Positions 14,933 to 24,536 of a DNA stretch of 28,810 bases are shown here, one piece after another. Positions within the stretch are counted from its first letter, which is position 1. Each line of letters begins with the position of its first letter. The stretch comes from a virus (taxonomy: Duplodnaviria; Caudoviricetes): IMG/VR virus record IMGVR_UViG_3300011439_000510, positions 1 through 28,810 of that record. One strand, written 5' to 3'. The position numbers and the translations under genes are program-made. The notes under the pieces were generated by a model. The model had not been told where the DNA came from. It saw only the letters and a program-made list of their open reading frames with translations, and ran no database searches.

Positions 14933-17176
14933 CTAATCGGGCGTGGGAGAGACATACACCCGTGCGCCGGGCTGCGGCCCCGCGTACGGGGTGCCGGTCG
15001 CCGCATACACCTTGTCATGGAGCGTGATTTGCGCCAGCGCCGTAATCGAGGTGTTGGTATCTGCCACGCCACTGCCGTCCGTCGTGGTGGCGAAATTGAT
15101 CGAGCGTCGCCACTCCTGGCCCACGGCCGCGTTCCGGTCATAGATCCAGAGGTCGAGCAGCGGCGTGGCGCTGAGGGAATGACGTCCCACCAAGATCAAG
15201 GGCAATGCCTCCTCGTCCGGCGTCGAGACCGTGGCCAGGACGCCTGGGCGCTGATTGTCCCGCTCGGTAAAACTGCGCAGGAGTTCTGCATAGGTCACAT
15301 AGATGTGCCAGATATCGACGCGATCCCCCGCCTCAGTCCCCGTGGCAATAAAGTTGTCAAAGGTGAACTCGCCCGGCAGGGCCGATGTTCCCACCACATT
15401 GGAACAGCGCGTCCCCGTTAAGCCCTCAAAGGTATGGGGCGCCCACGCATCTGGCGCCAGTTCATCGTTGCGCATGGTATACCACGTCACGATGCCGCTC
15501 GGCGATTCGAGAAAGGCGACGATGGCGAACGAATCAGGAAAGAGATTCGTGAGGATCATCTGCTTGAAACCTCGCACGGCGCCCGCGCCCGTACTGAGCA
15601 CCAGAGACGGTGACCCACTCCCGAGCCAGCGGTACACGTCGCCCGTACTCGTGCCCAGAAACAGGCTGCCGGCGTTCTCCAGCATGGCCGTCACGACCGT
15701 GCCAGACGGCAGCGTGAAGGCGAGCGTTGGCGTCGGCGTGAACGCCGCATCGAGCCGCCAGACCTCTGACGCCCCGGGGCTGCTGGTGGGGTGGATCGGC
15801 GCATAGACCGGACGCAGCGTCTGCGTGGAGCTGCTCACCTCATCACTGAAGATGCCAAGCGCGGTGCCGTCGCCGCCTCCCACCGGTGTCAGCGCCGGCG
15901 TCCAGTCCGTGCGGGACGCGCCGCCCACATCGGAGGAGCGCCAGACCGGGGCCTGTGCCGAGCCGGGGAGGCCTCCCGCGCCGAGGAGATCATAGACCCC
16001 GGCCTCGTTGTCGACGAGACGCATGAGGGCCGTCAGGAGCGGTATGGGCAACGTCGTCTGATGGTGCCAGGGATCGTCCACAGTGGCCTCCCCGTCGTCC
16101 CAGCGCTCGCGCACCCGCGCTGCGCCCGGCGGCCCCATGCCCCCCGGAAAGGCCTCCAGCCCTGGCGCGTCCCACGTCTCCCACACGCCACGCACCAGGC
16201 CGGACTGGCGCAGGGTGAGACCCACCGCGAGCCCGGGCGCCTGCGCCGCAAACGCCAGCGCGTACCGGCGCGTCTCGCCGACAAACGGTTGCAGGCCCAG
16301 CAGCGGCGCGCGCACGGCGACGTGGTCGGTCGCAGAGAGCGGCAGGGCCGGCAGGGCGGCCTCCAGTGTGACCTCACGCCGCAGCACACTGAGCTGGCGC
16401 ACGAACCTGGACAGGAGCAGATCGGCGGTGCCAGGGTCGGCGATGAAGTCGCAGAAGAAATCGAAGCGCGTGCGGGTCTGCAAGGTATCGGCGGCTTGCG
16501 CGCACAGGGTCTGCAGTTCGCTATAGGCGCTGATCGAGTCGTCTGGTGTGACGAACAGGACGGCGGCGTACTGCCCGGCCTGGCTCGTGGTGACCTGCGT
16601 GGTGACGCGCTGATACCAGAGGTAAAAGTCGGTGTAGACCTGCTCCATGGGCATCCCCTGCACCTCCAGGGTCTCCTGAAAGATGTCGCGCTGCGAGTCG
16701 AGGTGCAGGACGGGCAGGTGGTCCGGATCATCGGCCGTAATCTTGTAGATCCCGTCAAGATCCTTGAACACCGTACAGAAGCACTCCTGCGCCATCCGGG
16801 TGAGCAGGGCATCGGTGCGTCCCGGGTCGGGAATATAGCCACTGAAGAGCCACTCGTTGCGCCGCTCGGCGGCCACCTGGACGCTCGCGTGATCGAGCGT
16901 CAGATGTGGCAGGAAGCGCGCAAAGATGGCCGCCATGAGGAGCACGGGGTTGCGGCCCGGCGGCAGAAACCGGATGCCGTCATATTCCACGGTGTTGCCG
17001 GCACCGGCCGCCTGCCCCAGCAGGGAGATGCGTACGACCGGCTCCGTCGCCACAAAGGCGAGGGCGATGCGTTGCCAGGTCGAGGGGCCGCGCAGCACAC
17101 GCGCCGTGTACAGGGTCGGGTTCGTGGGGGTGCCCAGCTCAATGATGCCATCGCCTTGTCTGGCGCTGTCTGCCAC
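14933..17176 (-). CDS. Tail tip/baseplate hub protein, C-terminal part, with beta-propeller-like C-terminus
   Basis: AGGAG RBS with GTG at 17176. Hub-like segment (LLTRMAQECFCTVFKDLDGIYKI) followed by propeller-like strands (VWRSSDVGG, VTAMLENAGSLFLGTSTGDVYRW, SITALA...VYAATG). Confidence 0.7.
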   Translation of the reverse strand: MADSARQGDGIIELGTPTNPTLYTARVLRGPSTWQRIALAFVATEPVVRISLLGQAAGAGNTVEYDGIRFLPPGRNPVLLMAAIFARFLPHLTLDHASVQVAAERRNEWLFSGYIPDPGRTDALLTRMAQECFCTVFKDLDGIYKITADDPDHLPVLHLDSQRDIFQETLEVQGMPMEQVYTDFYLWYQRVTTQVTTSQAGQYAAVLFVTPDDSISAYSELQTLCAQAADTLQTRTRFDFFCDFIADPGTADLLLSRFVRQLSVLRREVTLEAALPALPLSATDHVAVRAPLLGLQPFVGETRRYALAFAAQAPGLAVGLTLRQSGLVRGVWETWDAPGLEAFPGGMGPPGAARVRERWDDGEATVDDPWHHQTTLPIPLLTALMRLVDNEAGVYDLLGAGGLPGSAQAPVWRSSDVGGASRTDWTPALTPVGGGDGTALGIFSDEVSSSTQTLRPVYAPIHPTSSPGASEVWRLDAAFTPTPTLAFTLPSGTVVTAMLENAGSLFLGTSTGDVYRWLGSGSPSLVLSTGAGAVRGFKQMILTNLFPDSFAIVAFLESPSGIVTWYTMRNDELAPDAWAPHTFEGLTGTRCSNVVGTSALPGEFTFDNFIATGTEAGDRVDIWHIYVTYAELLRSFTERDNQRPGVLATVSTPDEEALPLILVGRHSLSATPLLDLWIYDRNAAVGQEWRRSINFATTTDGSGVADTNTSITALAQITLHDKVYAATGTPYAGPQPGARVYVSPTPD

Positions 17177-17186
17177 TGCCCTGCTC

Positions 17187-19115
17187 CTATGCGACCGAGA
17201 CCACGGCGGTCGTGACCTGGATCGGGGGAATCTGACCAATATAGCGGCCACTGATCGAGACTTCAAAGAGATAGAGACTCTGGGTAGGGACAAACTCCCC
17301 CTGGCCAGAGGGGAGCCGAAATTCAGCCAGGCGTCCCGTGGTACTGCTCGGTTGGTCGGGCTGGAGATAGTGCGGGTAGACGGGGGGGTGGGGCTCCGTG
17401 GCCGCTACGACCGGCAAGAAATGTGCCTCGACAATCACCTCACTCATGAGTGGCACAGACCCCGGGACCATGCCTGGGAAGACGGTGCTGACATCCTGAG
17501 TCGGATGGAAGGCCCCAGTGATCTGCGGCACGAGCCAGGGCTCTGCGGTTTGGGTAAAAGCCTGCACGCGCACATCGAATATCACCGGCTGGCCTGCTAT
17601 CAGGATGAGCGGCTGCTGCATGGCCACGCGGTACGAGGCATACCCCGTAACCAGCCGCAGAAACCCTGGCTCGAACGGTGTCCCCATGCTGATATCATAA
17701 AACGGTTTGACAGGCAGCGTAAACGTCTGGCTGCCGTGTTCGTTGACGGTGCCGGGTTCATAGGTGGGCTCCGCGTGCTCCATGCCCTCCGTCTCCACCT
17801 CCCAGATCACGTCCGTGGGGTCGGTAAAATCCCCGTTGTCCAGCAGATTGCCGGTCATCTGGACCGGCGTGCGCCAGTTGAACAGGAGCACATAGCGCTC
17901 GCCGACTTCGACCGCGACGTCTTGCGTCACGCCCACCAGCGTGGTCCCCACGTTCTGGAGCTGGAGCTTGTACGACCCTGCCTGCACCTCTTGCGCCACG
18001 ACGGCGGCGGTGGTCCCGGGCAGTGCCGTCCAGGGCGCCAGCGTGCCCGTCTCAAAGCCCCCATTGAGGAGCGGTGGGAGGGGCGGGACCGGGATCACCT
18101 GCACGTCCACCTGGACACCCTCGTGCGCCGTGGGGAGTTCCAGCACCGCCGTGCCCGCAGGCAGCCCTGGCGGGTCGGTTACGAACGTATACGTGTCGAT
18201 GACCCCGGACTCGTCGCGTACCGCCAGCAGCTCCAGCGGCGTGAGCCCCAGCCCAATGAGGTAGCGGGAGACGATCGGCGGCGCGAGCGTGACGGCTTCC
18301 CCCGCCAGATGGGTCACCGGTGCACTGCGCACCGGACTCAGCAGTTGCAGCGCGGAGACGCCATCGAGGAGCAGACCGACCCGCCGCCCGCTGTAGGTGA
18401 TCGTCTCGCTTCCTACGGCGATGGCCCCGGATGCAGGGAAGGTGGCCCCGGTTTCGGTGAGGTTCACCGTCTCCACAGCCGCAGCGGGCAGCGGCGTGGC
18501 GAGCGTGCCGTTGGCCACAGACGCCACCAGCGTTGGCGACACCCCGAGCGCCGTCCCAATCACGAGCGGGATCGCCAGGCCGCGCGCGTCGAGTGGCGCC
18601 CCGGGGAAGACGCTGGTGCCGAGCGGGATTTCAATGTCGCGGTGATCCTGCGCGAGACCGTCCACGATGGTGAAGGTGAGCAGGCCGCGCGTGAGCCGTG
18701 GCGCCTGCACCCGGCCGCTAAAGAGCGTGACAATCTGGCTGTCCGTATGGGTGACACCGCCCAGAAACCCGCCCCAGACCACGGCGGGCTGTTCACTGAG
18801 GGTCAGGAGGAGCTGTTGCACGGGGTCCAGTGGGGCGCCCACCTGTCCGGCCTGGACACGGACCTGGCAGGTCACGGTGCCCAGCCGCGAGGAGCGATCA
18901 TCGGCCAGCTCGATACTGATACTGCCGACCCCCTGCCCCATCGGCGCGAGGTACGGGTAGACGAGCATCCCGGCAGGCAGCCAGCCGTCGGGCCAGGGCC
19001 GTGAGGTGAGCACCAGATTGCGGCTGGGCAGCAGCACCGCCAGGAAATCTTCGACCCCCAGGCCCTGGCGGTACGCCTGCACCAGCGGCGCCCAGGCGTC
19101 CGAGACGTCGCGCAT
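17187..19115 (-). CDS. Tail tip/baseplate hub protein, N-terminal part, with CBM4/9-like inserts
   Basis: Follows the Dit-like gene. TLFSGRVQ...LTFTIVD, GLAIPLVIG, GAIAVGSETITYSG, and CBM-type starts LLNGGFETG..PW and NLLDNGDFT. Confidence 0.75.
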   Translation of the reverse strand: MRDVSDAWAPLVQAYRQGLGVEDFLAVLLPSRNLVLTSRPWPDGWLPAGMLVYPYLAPMGQGVGSISIELADDRSSRLGTVTCQVRVQAGQVGAPLDPVQQLLLTLSEQPAVVWGGFLGGVTHTDSQIVTLFSGRVQAPRLTRGLLTFTIVDGLAQDHRDIEIPLGTSVFPGAPLDARGLAIPLVIGTALGVSPTLVASVANGTLATPLPAAAVETVNLTETGATFPASGAIAVGSETITYSGRRVGLLLDGVSALQLLSPVRSAPVTHLAGEAVTLAPPIVSRYLIGLGLTPLELLAVRDESGVIDTYTFVTDPPGLPAGTAVLELPTAHEGVQVDVQVIPVPPLPPLLNGGFETGTLAPWTALPGTTAAVVAQEVQAGSYKLQLQNVGTTLVGVTQDVAVEVGERYVLLFNWRTPVQMTGNLLDNGDFTDPTDVIWEVETEGMEHAEPTYEPGTVNEHGSQTFTLPVKPFYDISMGTPFEPGFLRLVTGYASYRVAMQQPLILIAGQPVIFDVRVQAFTQTAEPWLVPQITGAFHPTQDVSTVFPGMVPGSVPLMSEVIVEAHFLPVVAATEPHPPVYPHYLQPDQPSSTTGRLAEFRLPSGQGEFVPTQSLYLFEVSISGRYIGQIPPIQVTTAVVSVA

Positions 19116-19117
19116 GT

Positions 19118-19495
19118 CTAGCCCTCCTCGCGCAGCACAAGAGTGACGTCCAGGCGCCCGGCACTGCTTTCCTGCCAGGTGAACGCGGGATCGAGCAGCC
19201 AGCGCACCTGGCGCGACGTCCCGCGCTCATCGATCCACGTAAACGGCTGCTGGCTGCCGTCGATCAGGGGATGCCACAGGAACGCCCACAGCGCGTCGAA
19301 ATCGCTCTGGGACAGGCCGCCAAGCTGCACGGTGTAGCGCGGCCGCGGCGGCGCGAATTTCAGCGCCAGGGCCGCCGTGCCATCGGTGAGTGCCACAACC
19401 TGCCCGGTCTCGATGGACGTCTGTGCCGGCCACGTCTGCCCGCGCGTCAGCGTCACGGTGGGCACGCCTGGCTTGCTGAACGAAGGGAGTGCCAT
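19118..19495 (-). CDS. Distal tail protein-like (Dit/gpM-like)
   Basis: 125 aa immediately after the tape measure gene; LSQSDFDALWAF...GSQQPFTWID...VTLVLRE. Confidence 0.7.
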   Translation of the reverse strand: MALPSFSKPGVPTVTLTRGQTWPAQTSIETGQVVALTDGTAALALKFAPPRPRYTVQLGGLSQSDFDALWAFLWHPLIDGSQQPFTWIDERGTSRQVRWLLDPAFTWQESSAGRLDVTLVLREEG

Positions 19496-19498
19496 GCC

Positions 19499-22400
19499 CT
19501 ACCCTCCCAGCCTGCGGCTCGTCAGATCCGCCTGCCTGAGATACGGCACCAGGTCCCGCGCCAGCGTGGCGGCGTCCTGCGCCTGCGTCTGAATGACCAG
19601 ATTATACGTCGCGGTGCGCTGCGTGGTCGTCTCGGGGATCCCGCTGCCTGGCCGCGTCGTCCCTCCGCCGATCACCAGGGAGCCGCTGGAGGGGCCTGTC
19701 GGCGCCAGCGGGGCGGTGGGCGCGAAGCTTGTGCCCCCCGTCGGCCGCGTGCCGGTGGTGGTGCCGGGCGTCGTGGTGCCGGGCGTCGTGGTGCCGCCAC
19801 CGGTGGTGCCGGTGGGCGTGGTGGTGGTGGGCGTGCCAGCCAGCGGCCGCCCATACTGATCGACGCCGAGCGCCTTGAGCTTGTCGGTGAGGACGGTAAT
19901 TTCTTTGAGCAGACTCTGCACCTGGACAAGCTTGGCAGCGCTATCGCCAAACGCGCTGTTTTGGATATTGCTCAGCTCTTTCTGAGCCTGCGCTAGTTGC
20001 TTGAGCAGGCCCGACACATCGCTGGCAAAACGCGTTTCAACGGACACTTGCAGGTCCATCAAACGCTGGGTTTCTTGGGTCAATTGCACCACCGATGCGG
20101 CCAACTCTTCCACCGTGCCTTTCGCTCGCTCCAGCGCCCCACGACTTTGCAGCCAGGAGGTGTCGATCGTCTCGGCGGCCTTCTTGCCCGCCAACGCAAT
20201 CTCGCCAAACGCGTCCACGTACGGCTTCGGGAGGTCGACGCCGGCCTTCCGGGCGATGTCGAGCATGCGCGTATTCACGGCCTGAAAATCGGTCGGGAGC
20301 TGCTGGAAACCCGCTTTATCGATCTGATCCACGATGTCAAGCCAGGTATCGAGCAGTTGCTCCGGGGTCGCCGTGCCCGCCTCCAGGATGGTCTGAAAAT
20401 CGGCCAGGGCCGCCGTCGCCGTGCGCTGTAGCTCGGCACGAGTGGCCAGCCCCAGGCGCTCAAACGCGGCCTGAATGCCGTCCGCTGTGGTCCTTGCATG
20501 GGTCCGCATCGCGTCAAAGGCTTGTTGAAAGGCCGCCGGTAACGCACCAAAACGTGCCCGCAAGACATCGGCGGCATCCTCATAGGCCTGGCTGATCTGG
20601 CGGGCCGAAAACTTCCCGCTCTCTTCCATCGTCTTCAGCTGCGTGATGACGGTCTGTACGGAGCGCTCTAATTCCTCGGTCGAAATCGCCTTGATGACAT
20701 CACCGAGCTTGAGCTTCTCCAGGGTCGCCTTGAGCCCACTGGCGGCATTATTGGCCTCGTCAAAGGCTTTACTCATGGCCTTTTGCGCGTCGCTGAGTTG
20801 CTCCGTTTGCGCGGCCGCCGCGCTCGCCGCCTTCCCCTGCTGCGGCAGCGCGGCGCTCTGCGTCTTCACGGCCTGGGTCGTCGCACTGACCGCCTTGCTG
20901 GCGCCCTCCTGCGCGGTCCCGAGACGGTTCGTCCCCAACACAAAATCATCCGCCATCTGCTGGAACGTGGCGCTGGCCTGCGCCAGGTCCGCACTGAGTT
21001 GCTTGCTGGTGTCGGCGAGCTGGCTCAAGCGCCCATCGCTGAGCCCGAGCGCGCTGGCGGCCTGATCCAGCGACGTGACCACCTGCGCCATGGGTGTGAC
21101 CAGGCCATCGACCAGGTACTGCCCGAGCTTGATCACGCCGGCAGCCGTGTAGTCAAAGGCGGCATTGAGCAGATCCCAGCCCGCCGTGACAAAGTCGATG
21201 GCGGGCCGCACGTTGCCCTTGAGCAGTTGATCGAGGACGTCCAACGCGTGGTATGTCTCGCCAGCGCTCCCCGTGGCGGTGAGCATGCTCGCGTTGAGTT
21301 CGCCCATCGCGGCGGCGACGTCCCGGACGGCGGCTGTGTCACCAAGGATGCGAAAGAACGCCGCGAAATCCGCCGTGATCGTCTTGAGCGTCTCGCTCTG
21401 CGCAAACGCCCGCCAGAGCTTCGTCACATCGGCAGCCAGCGTGGCGGCAGCACCGGTGATGCTGGTGAACGCGCTGAGGAGCGGTGGCGCCACTTCCTGT
21501 ACCAGGCGATCCAGGGTATTGATGAACGTCTGCCAGGCCGCCCCCGCGCCGGCCAGGTTCTTGCTGGCGGCTTGCTGCGCCAAGCCAGTGACGTTGGCAT
21601 ATGACCCGACCGTCTCGTTAAACGTCTCGAACTGTGTGCCCGTCAGGGTCAGCGCCGCCCGAAAGCCCTCGGAATCGTTAATCAGTTCTTTGAGGCGTTC
21701 CGCACTGCCGCCGGTGACCTCATTCAAGCGCCGAAAGATGCCCGTTAAGCCTTCCTCAGCGAGCACCTGCTTGACGTTGATGCCCTCGGCGGCAAACTTG
21801 GCGCTGTTCTGGATGAGTTGCTGGAAAAAGGAATTGAGGCCTGTGGCAGCCGTATCGGCGTTCTTGAACGTCTGGGTCAGGACGGCGATGGCCGCATTGG
21901 TGTCGATAAAACTGGCACCGGTCGCGGCAGCCGTGGCCGCGACTTGCGGAAAGGCCTGCGCGAACTCCTCTAAGCGCCCCTGGCCTTTCACCACGGTCTG
22001 CGTGAACACGTCCGTGACGAATTGGGCCTGCTCCAGCGGTATCCCAAACGCGGCGGCGGATTTCGTGACGGCGTTGATGGCGGTATCGAGGTTCCCGAGG
22101 CCGCCCTTGGCGAGTTCAGCCGAGCGCGTTAGGACCGTAATGGCGTTGTCCGCCGGGACGTTCGCCCCGAGAATGTCGTAGAGACCCTTGGCCAGTTCGG
22201 TGGACGAACCCAGGGCTGGGGGAAGCGCGAGCAGTTGCTCACGCAGCTTACTCAGTTGCTGGGTACTCACCGTCCCGAGCGCATTGATCGCGTTCAGCGC
22301 GGCCTCGAAACCCGTGGCAGCCGTCGCCGCGGCGCCGAGCGTGGTGGCGATGCCGGCCACGCCAGCGAAGCCCGCCGCGAGGCCCACGGCCGCTTTCGTG

Positions 22401-22570
22401 CTCTGCGCCAGGCTGGAGGCAAAGGACGTGCTGCTCTGTGTCCCCTGGTTCTGTGCCTGGGTCTGCTGCTGCGTGGCTTTGGTGGTGTCTTGCAGCGCCT
22501 TATCGAACTGGCGCAGCTCGACGATACCCTTGTCGGCGTTGACCAGTATTTCTAACACCACTGGTGGCAC
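19499..22570 (-). CDS. Tail tape measure protein (TP901/PhageMin_Tail core)
   Basis: 1023 aa, Ala-rich and helical. SSTELAKGLYDILGA...DVFTQTVVKGQGRLEEFAQAF...AATGLNS; follows the tail chaperones. Confidence 0.95.
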   Translation of the reverse strand: MPPVVLEILVNADKGIVELRQFDKALQDTTKATQQQTQAQNQGTQSSTSFASSLAQSTKAAVGLAAGFAGVAGIATTLGAAATAATGFEAALNAINALGTVSTQQLSKLREQLLALPPALGSSTELAKGLYDILGANVPADNAITVLTRSAELAKGGLGNLDTAINAVTKSAAAFGIPLEQAQFVTDVFTQTVVKGQGRLEEFAQAFPQVAATAAATGASFIDTNAAIAVLTQTFKNADTAATGLNSFFQQLIQNSAKFAAEGINVKQVLAEEGLTGIFRRLNEVTGGSAERLKELINDSEGFRAALTLTGTQFETFNETVGSYANVTGLAQQAASKNLAGAGAAWQTFINTLDRLVQEVAPPLLSAFTSITGAAATLAADVTKLWRAFAQSETLKTITADFAAFFRILGDTAAVRDVAAAMGELNASMLTATGSAGETYHALDVLDQLLKGNVRPAIDFVTAGWDLLNAAFDYTAAGVIKLGQYLVDGLVTPMAQVVTSLDQAASALGLSDGRLSQLADTSKQLSADLAQASATFQQMADDFVLGTNRLGTAQEGASKAVSATTQAVKTQSAALPQQGKAASAAAAQTEQLSDAQKAMSKAFDEANNAASGLKATLEKLKLGDVIKAISTEELERSVQTVITQLKTMEESGKFSARQISQAYEDAADVLRARFGALPAAFQQAFDAMRTHARTTADGIQAAFERLGLATRAELQRTATAALADFQTILEAGTATPEQLLDTWLDIVDQIDKAGFQQLPTDFQAVNTRMLDIARKAGVDLPKPYVDAFGEIALAGKKAAETIDTSWLQSRGALERAKGTVEELAASVVQLTQETQRLMDLQVSVETRFASDVSGLLKQLAQAQKELSNIQNSAFGDSAAKLVQVQSLLKEITVLTDKLKALGVDQYGRPLAGTPTTTTPTGTTGGGTTTPGTTTPGTTTGTRPTGGTSFAPTAPLAPTGPSSGSLVIGGGTTRPGSGIPETTTQRTATYNLVIQTQAQDAATLARDLVPYLRQADLTSRRLGG

Positions 22571-22582
22571 AAGCGTCTCCTC

Positions 22583-22939
22583 CTAGCGTTGGTCCTGCAT
22601 GGTCTGCTGCCGCGCCTGCACATACTCCGCGAGGATGACCAGGCGCGTGAGCAGCCAATCGGCGGCGTACGCATCCAACTGATCGAGCTTGCGTAAGATA
22701 CGGACCGCGTCCCAGCCTATTTTCTGCGCTTGCCAGAAGAGTTCCCACGCCTGCAGGTCGTCGGCATACACCGGCGTGCCAGGACTGTACCCATGCGTGC
22801 GCCAGTAGTGACACGCTGCCAGACCGCCCAGGTCGCAGGGAATCGCCTCGCCCTCTTCCCCTAGTTGCGCTCTGCAGTCCCAGCAGGTAATGGACTGGCC
22901 GGTGCGAGGGGAGACGAGGGCGAAGCGTGCATCAAAAAA
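22583..22939 (-). CDS. Tail assembly chaperone gpGT-like extension (-1 frame)
   Basis: The -1 frame is open from slippery T TTT TTG (22939-22933) to the stop at 22583, encoding TCWDC...PC...ACHYW...QAWELFWQ. Confidence 0.8.
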   Translation of the reverse strand, partial: FFDARFALVSPRTGQSITCWDCRAQLGEEGEAIPCDLGGLAACHYWRTHGYSPGTPVYADDLQAWELFWQAQKIGWDAVRILRKLDQLDAYAADWLLTRLVILAEYVQARQQTMQDQR

Positions 22940-23319
22940 TCGGTATACCTCTCGCGCAGCTGCTCAGGAGACGTCTCCATGGCCAGCGCATCGATGCGCT
23001 GAATGACGGCCCAAGGCAGATACGGGATAATCTCTTCGAGAAAGGGCACGGGTTGCAGCTGCGCATCGAGGACGTTCTCCCAGCCCCGGATACAATAGGT
23101 CGCAATCGCCAGTTGCAGGCCTGCCACGCCTTGCATATCAAAGGTGCCGCGCTGGGCATACGTCGTGAGGAGTTCATGCCGCTTGGAGGGCGGTAACCGT
23201 CGATACCAGAACGTACTCTCTTCAAATGTGAAGCTCAGCCGTTCCTTCTCCGTGATGAGAAAGACGGGTTTCTTCAGCGGCGTCTCTGGCCTTGCCTGCC
23301 CGTGCGTCTCTTCTGCCAT
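22861..23319 (-). CDS. Tail assembly chaperone (gpG-like)
   Basis: Between the tail tubes and the TMP; YCIRGWENVLD...VPF motif; slippery site near its 3' end. Confidence 0.85.
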   Translation of the reverse strand: MAEETHGQARPETPLKKPVFLITEKERLSFTFEESTFWYRRLPPSKRHELLTTYAQRGTFDMQGVAGLQLAIATYCIRGWENVLDAQLQPVPFLEEIIPYLPWAVIQRIDALAMETSPEQLRERYTDFLMHASPSSPLAPASPLPAGTAERN

Positions 23320-23330
23320 ACCTCGCCCTC

Positions 23331-24533
23331 CTACGTCAGGAGTGGATTGTTGCCTACCCTACACACCACCTCGACTCCCACCGGCCCCCCGTTCGTCGTG
23401 GCCGGCATGCCCGCCGCCGGCGCCTCTGGCACCTCCGCCTGCACCACATGCCGCACGCTCGGCAGACCGAGTGCCACAGGCGAGGGCCGCACGTCCGTGA
23501 GGCGCACCGCCGGCAGGTACCAGGTCAGTCCATACGCCTGCGGTGCGCCGCCAAGGGGCGGCCCGGTGAATGCCAGCTCGCCCATGAGCGGCTCGCCGTC
23601 GTCCCAGGTCTTCAGCCAGGCGTCGCTCGCATACCGCGGCAGCTCGAACGCGAGCGTCAGCGCCGGCGGCGCGGTGCGCGTATATTCCTCCGGTGCCAGG
23701 CCCGTGCGTGGGCCAAACGAGGCTGCCAGGTTATTCTCCAGCCGCACCTCCACGGTCCGGTAGCACACCTCATGCACCGCAGTCAGCGGCACGGTCTCGC
23801 TCCGTGGCCCGAGGCGCAAACGGCCATGGCGTACGCTCACGAGCGGCCAGCCGTACGGTGGCAGGGCCGCCATCGTGGTCGCCGTATTGACCGCTGAGGT
23901 CCTGGAGAGGGACTCCCCGACCAGCACCACCTCGCCGCTCACCGTGAGGCCATCACTGAGGAGTGCCAGCGACTGCACCATGCCGCTCGTCAGCTCCCAC
24001 ACACTGACCTGACGCCAGGCGGCGAAGGTGCCTCTCCGCACCAGACGCACAGCCGGCGGCTGCCCGTCAGCCGCCGGCCACGCCTCGGACGCCAGGTCAG
24101 CACTCAGTTCGTACAGGTGCCGGTAGGCGCCCCCGCCGAGCGTCTGGGGGTGTGCCGCCGGCATGTACCCCAGGGCACACGCGAGCAGCGCTTCGAGCCC
24201 CTGATACCTCCAGCGAAAGGCGACTCGCACGCTGGGTGCTTTCGCCACCACATCCAGCGCATGCGGCCCGAGCGCGTGTGCCCGCGTGACCACCGGGACC
24301 TGCTGCACCCCAGCGTCAAAGTCCGCGCTGAGAATCGGCCAGGTTTCGCGCACCAGCGCCGGGCTCGCCGCCGGCCACTGCTGGCCGTCCGTCGCCGATT
24401 CGTGCGCGAAGCCGGCCAGCGTCTGCGTCCCGATGGAGAGCGTCGGCACGGGTACCGGCGGCACATGCGTGCCCCGGCCCCAGCGAAAGAGGCCGAGGCC
24501 GAGCGCGAGTGCGCGCAGATCGCCAGACGGCAT
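23331..24533 (-). CDS. Tail tube-like protein 2 (paralogue of 24537-25712)
   Basis: Collinear similarity to the upstream tube gene: SIG, RY....LL...G, VWE/VWD, LT...(D/E)(L/V)C, (L/F)PR(Y/F) and (L/I)P.(V/L). Confidence 0.75.
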   Translation of the reverse strand: MPSGDLRALALGLGLFRWGRGTHVPPVPVPTLSIGTQTLAGFAHESATDGQQWPAASPALVRETWPILSADFDAGVQQVPVVTRAHALGPHALDVVAKAPSVRVAFRWRYQGLEALLACALGYMPAAHPQTLGGGAYRHLYELSADLASEAWPAADGQPPAVRLVRRGTFAAWRQVSVWELTSGMVQSLALLSDGLTVSGEVVLVGESLSRTSAVNTATTMAALPPYGWPLVSVRHGRLRLGPRSETVPLTAVHEVCYRTVEVRLENNLAASFGPRTGLAPEEYTRTAPPALTLAFELPRYASDAWLKTWDDGEPLMGELAFTGPPLGGAPQAYGLTWYLPAVRLTDVRPSPVALGLPSVRHVVQAEVPEAPAAGMPATTNGGPVGVEVVCRVGNNPLLT

Positions 24534-24536
24534 GGG

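Noticed and set aside
16926-19004. 692-aa plus-strand ORF (likewise 15791-17215, 8647-9669 and 21273-22181)
   Set aside because: These are antisense shadows of well-supported genes in high-GC DNA, with no recognisable motifs.
11636-19115. Diversity-generating retroelement or invertible tail-fibre cassette
   Set aside because: I saw no reverse transcriptase, no adenine-specific TR/VR pair and no invertase or inverted crossover sites in the window.
19740-19840. GTGGTGCCG-type repeats as a DNA element
   Set aside because: Explained by the Thr/Gly/Pro-rich linker (GTTTPGTTTPG) near the TMP C-terminus.
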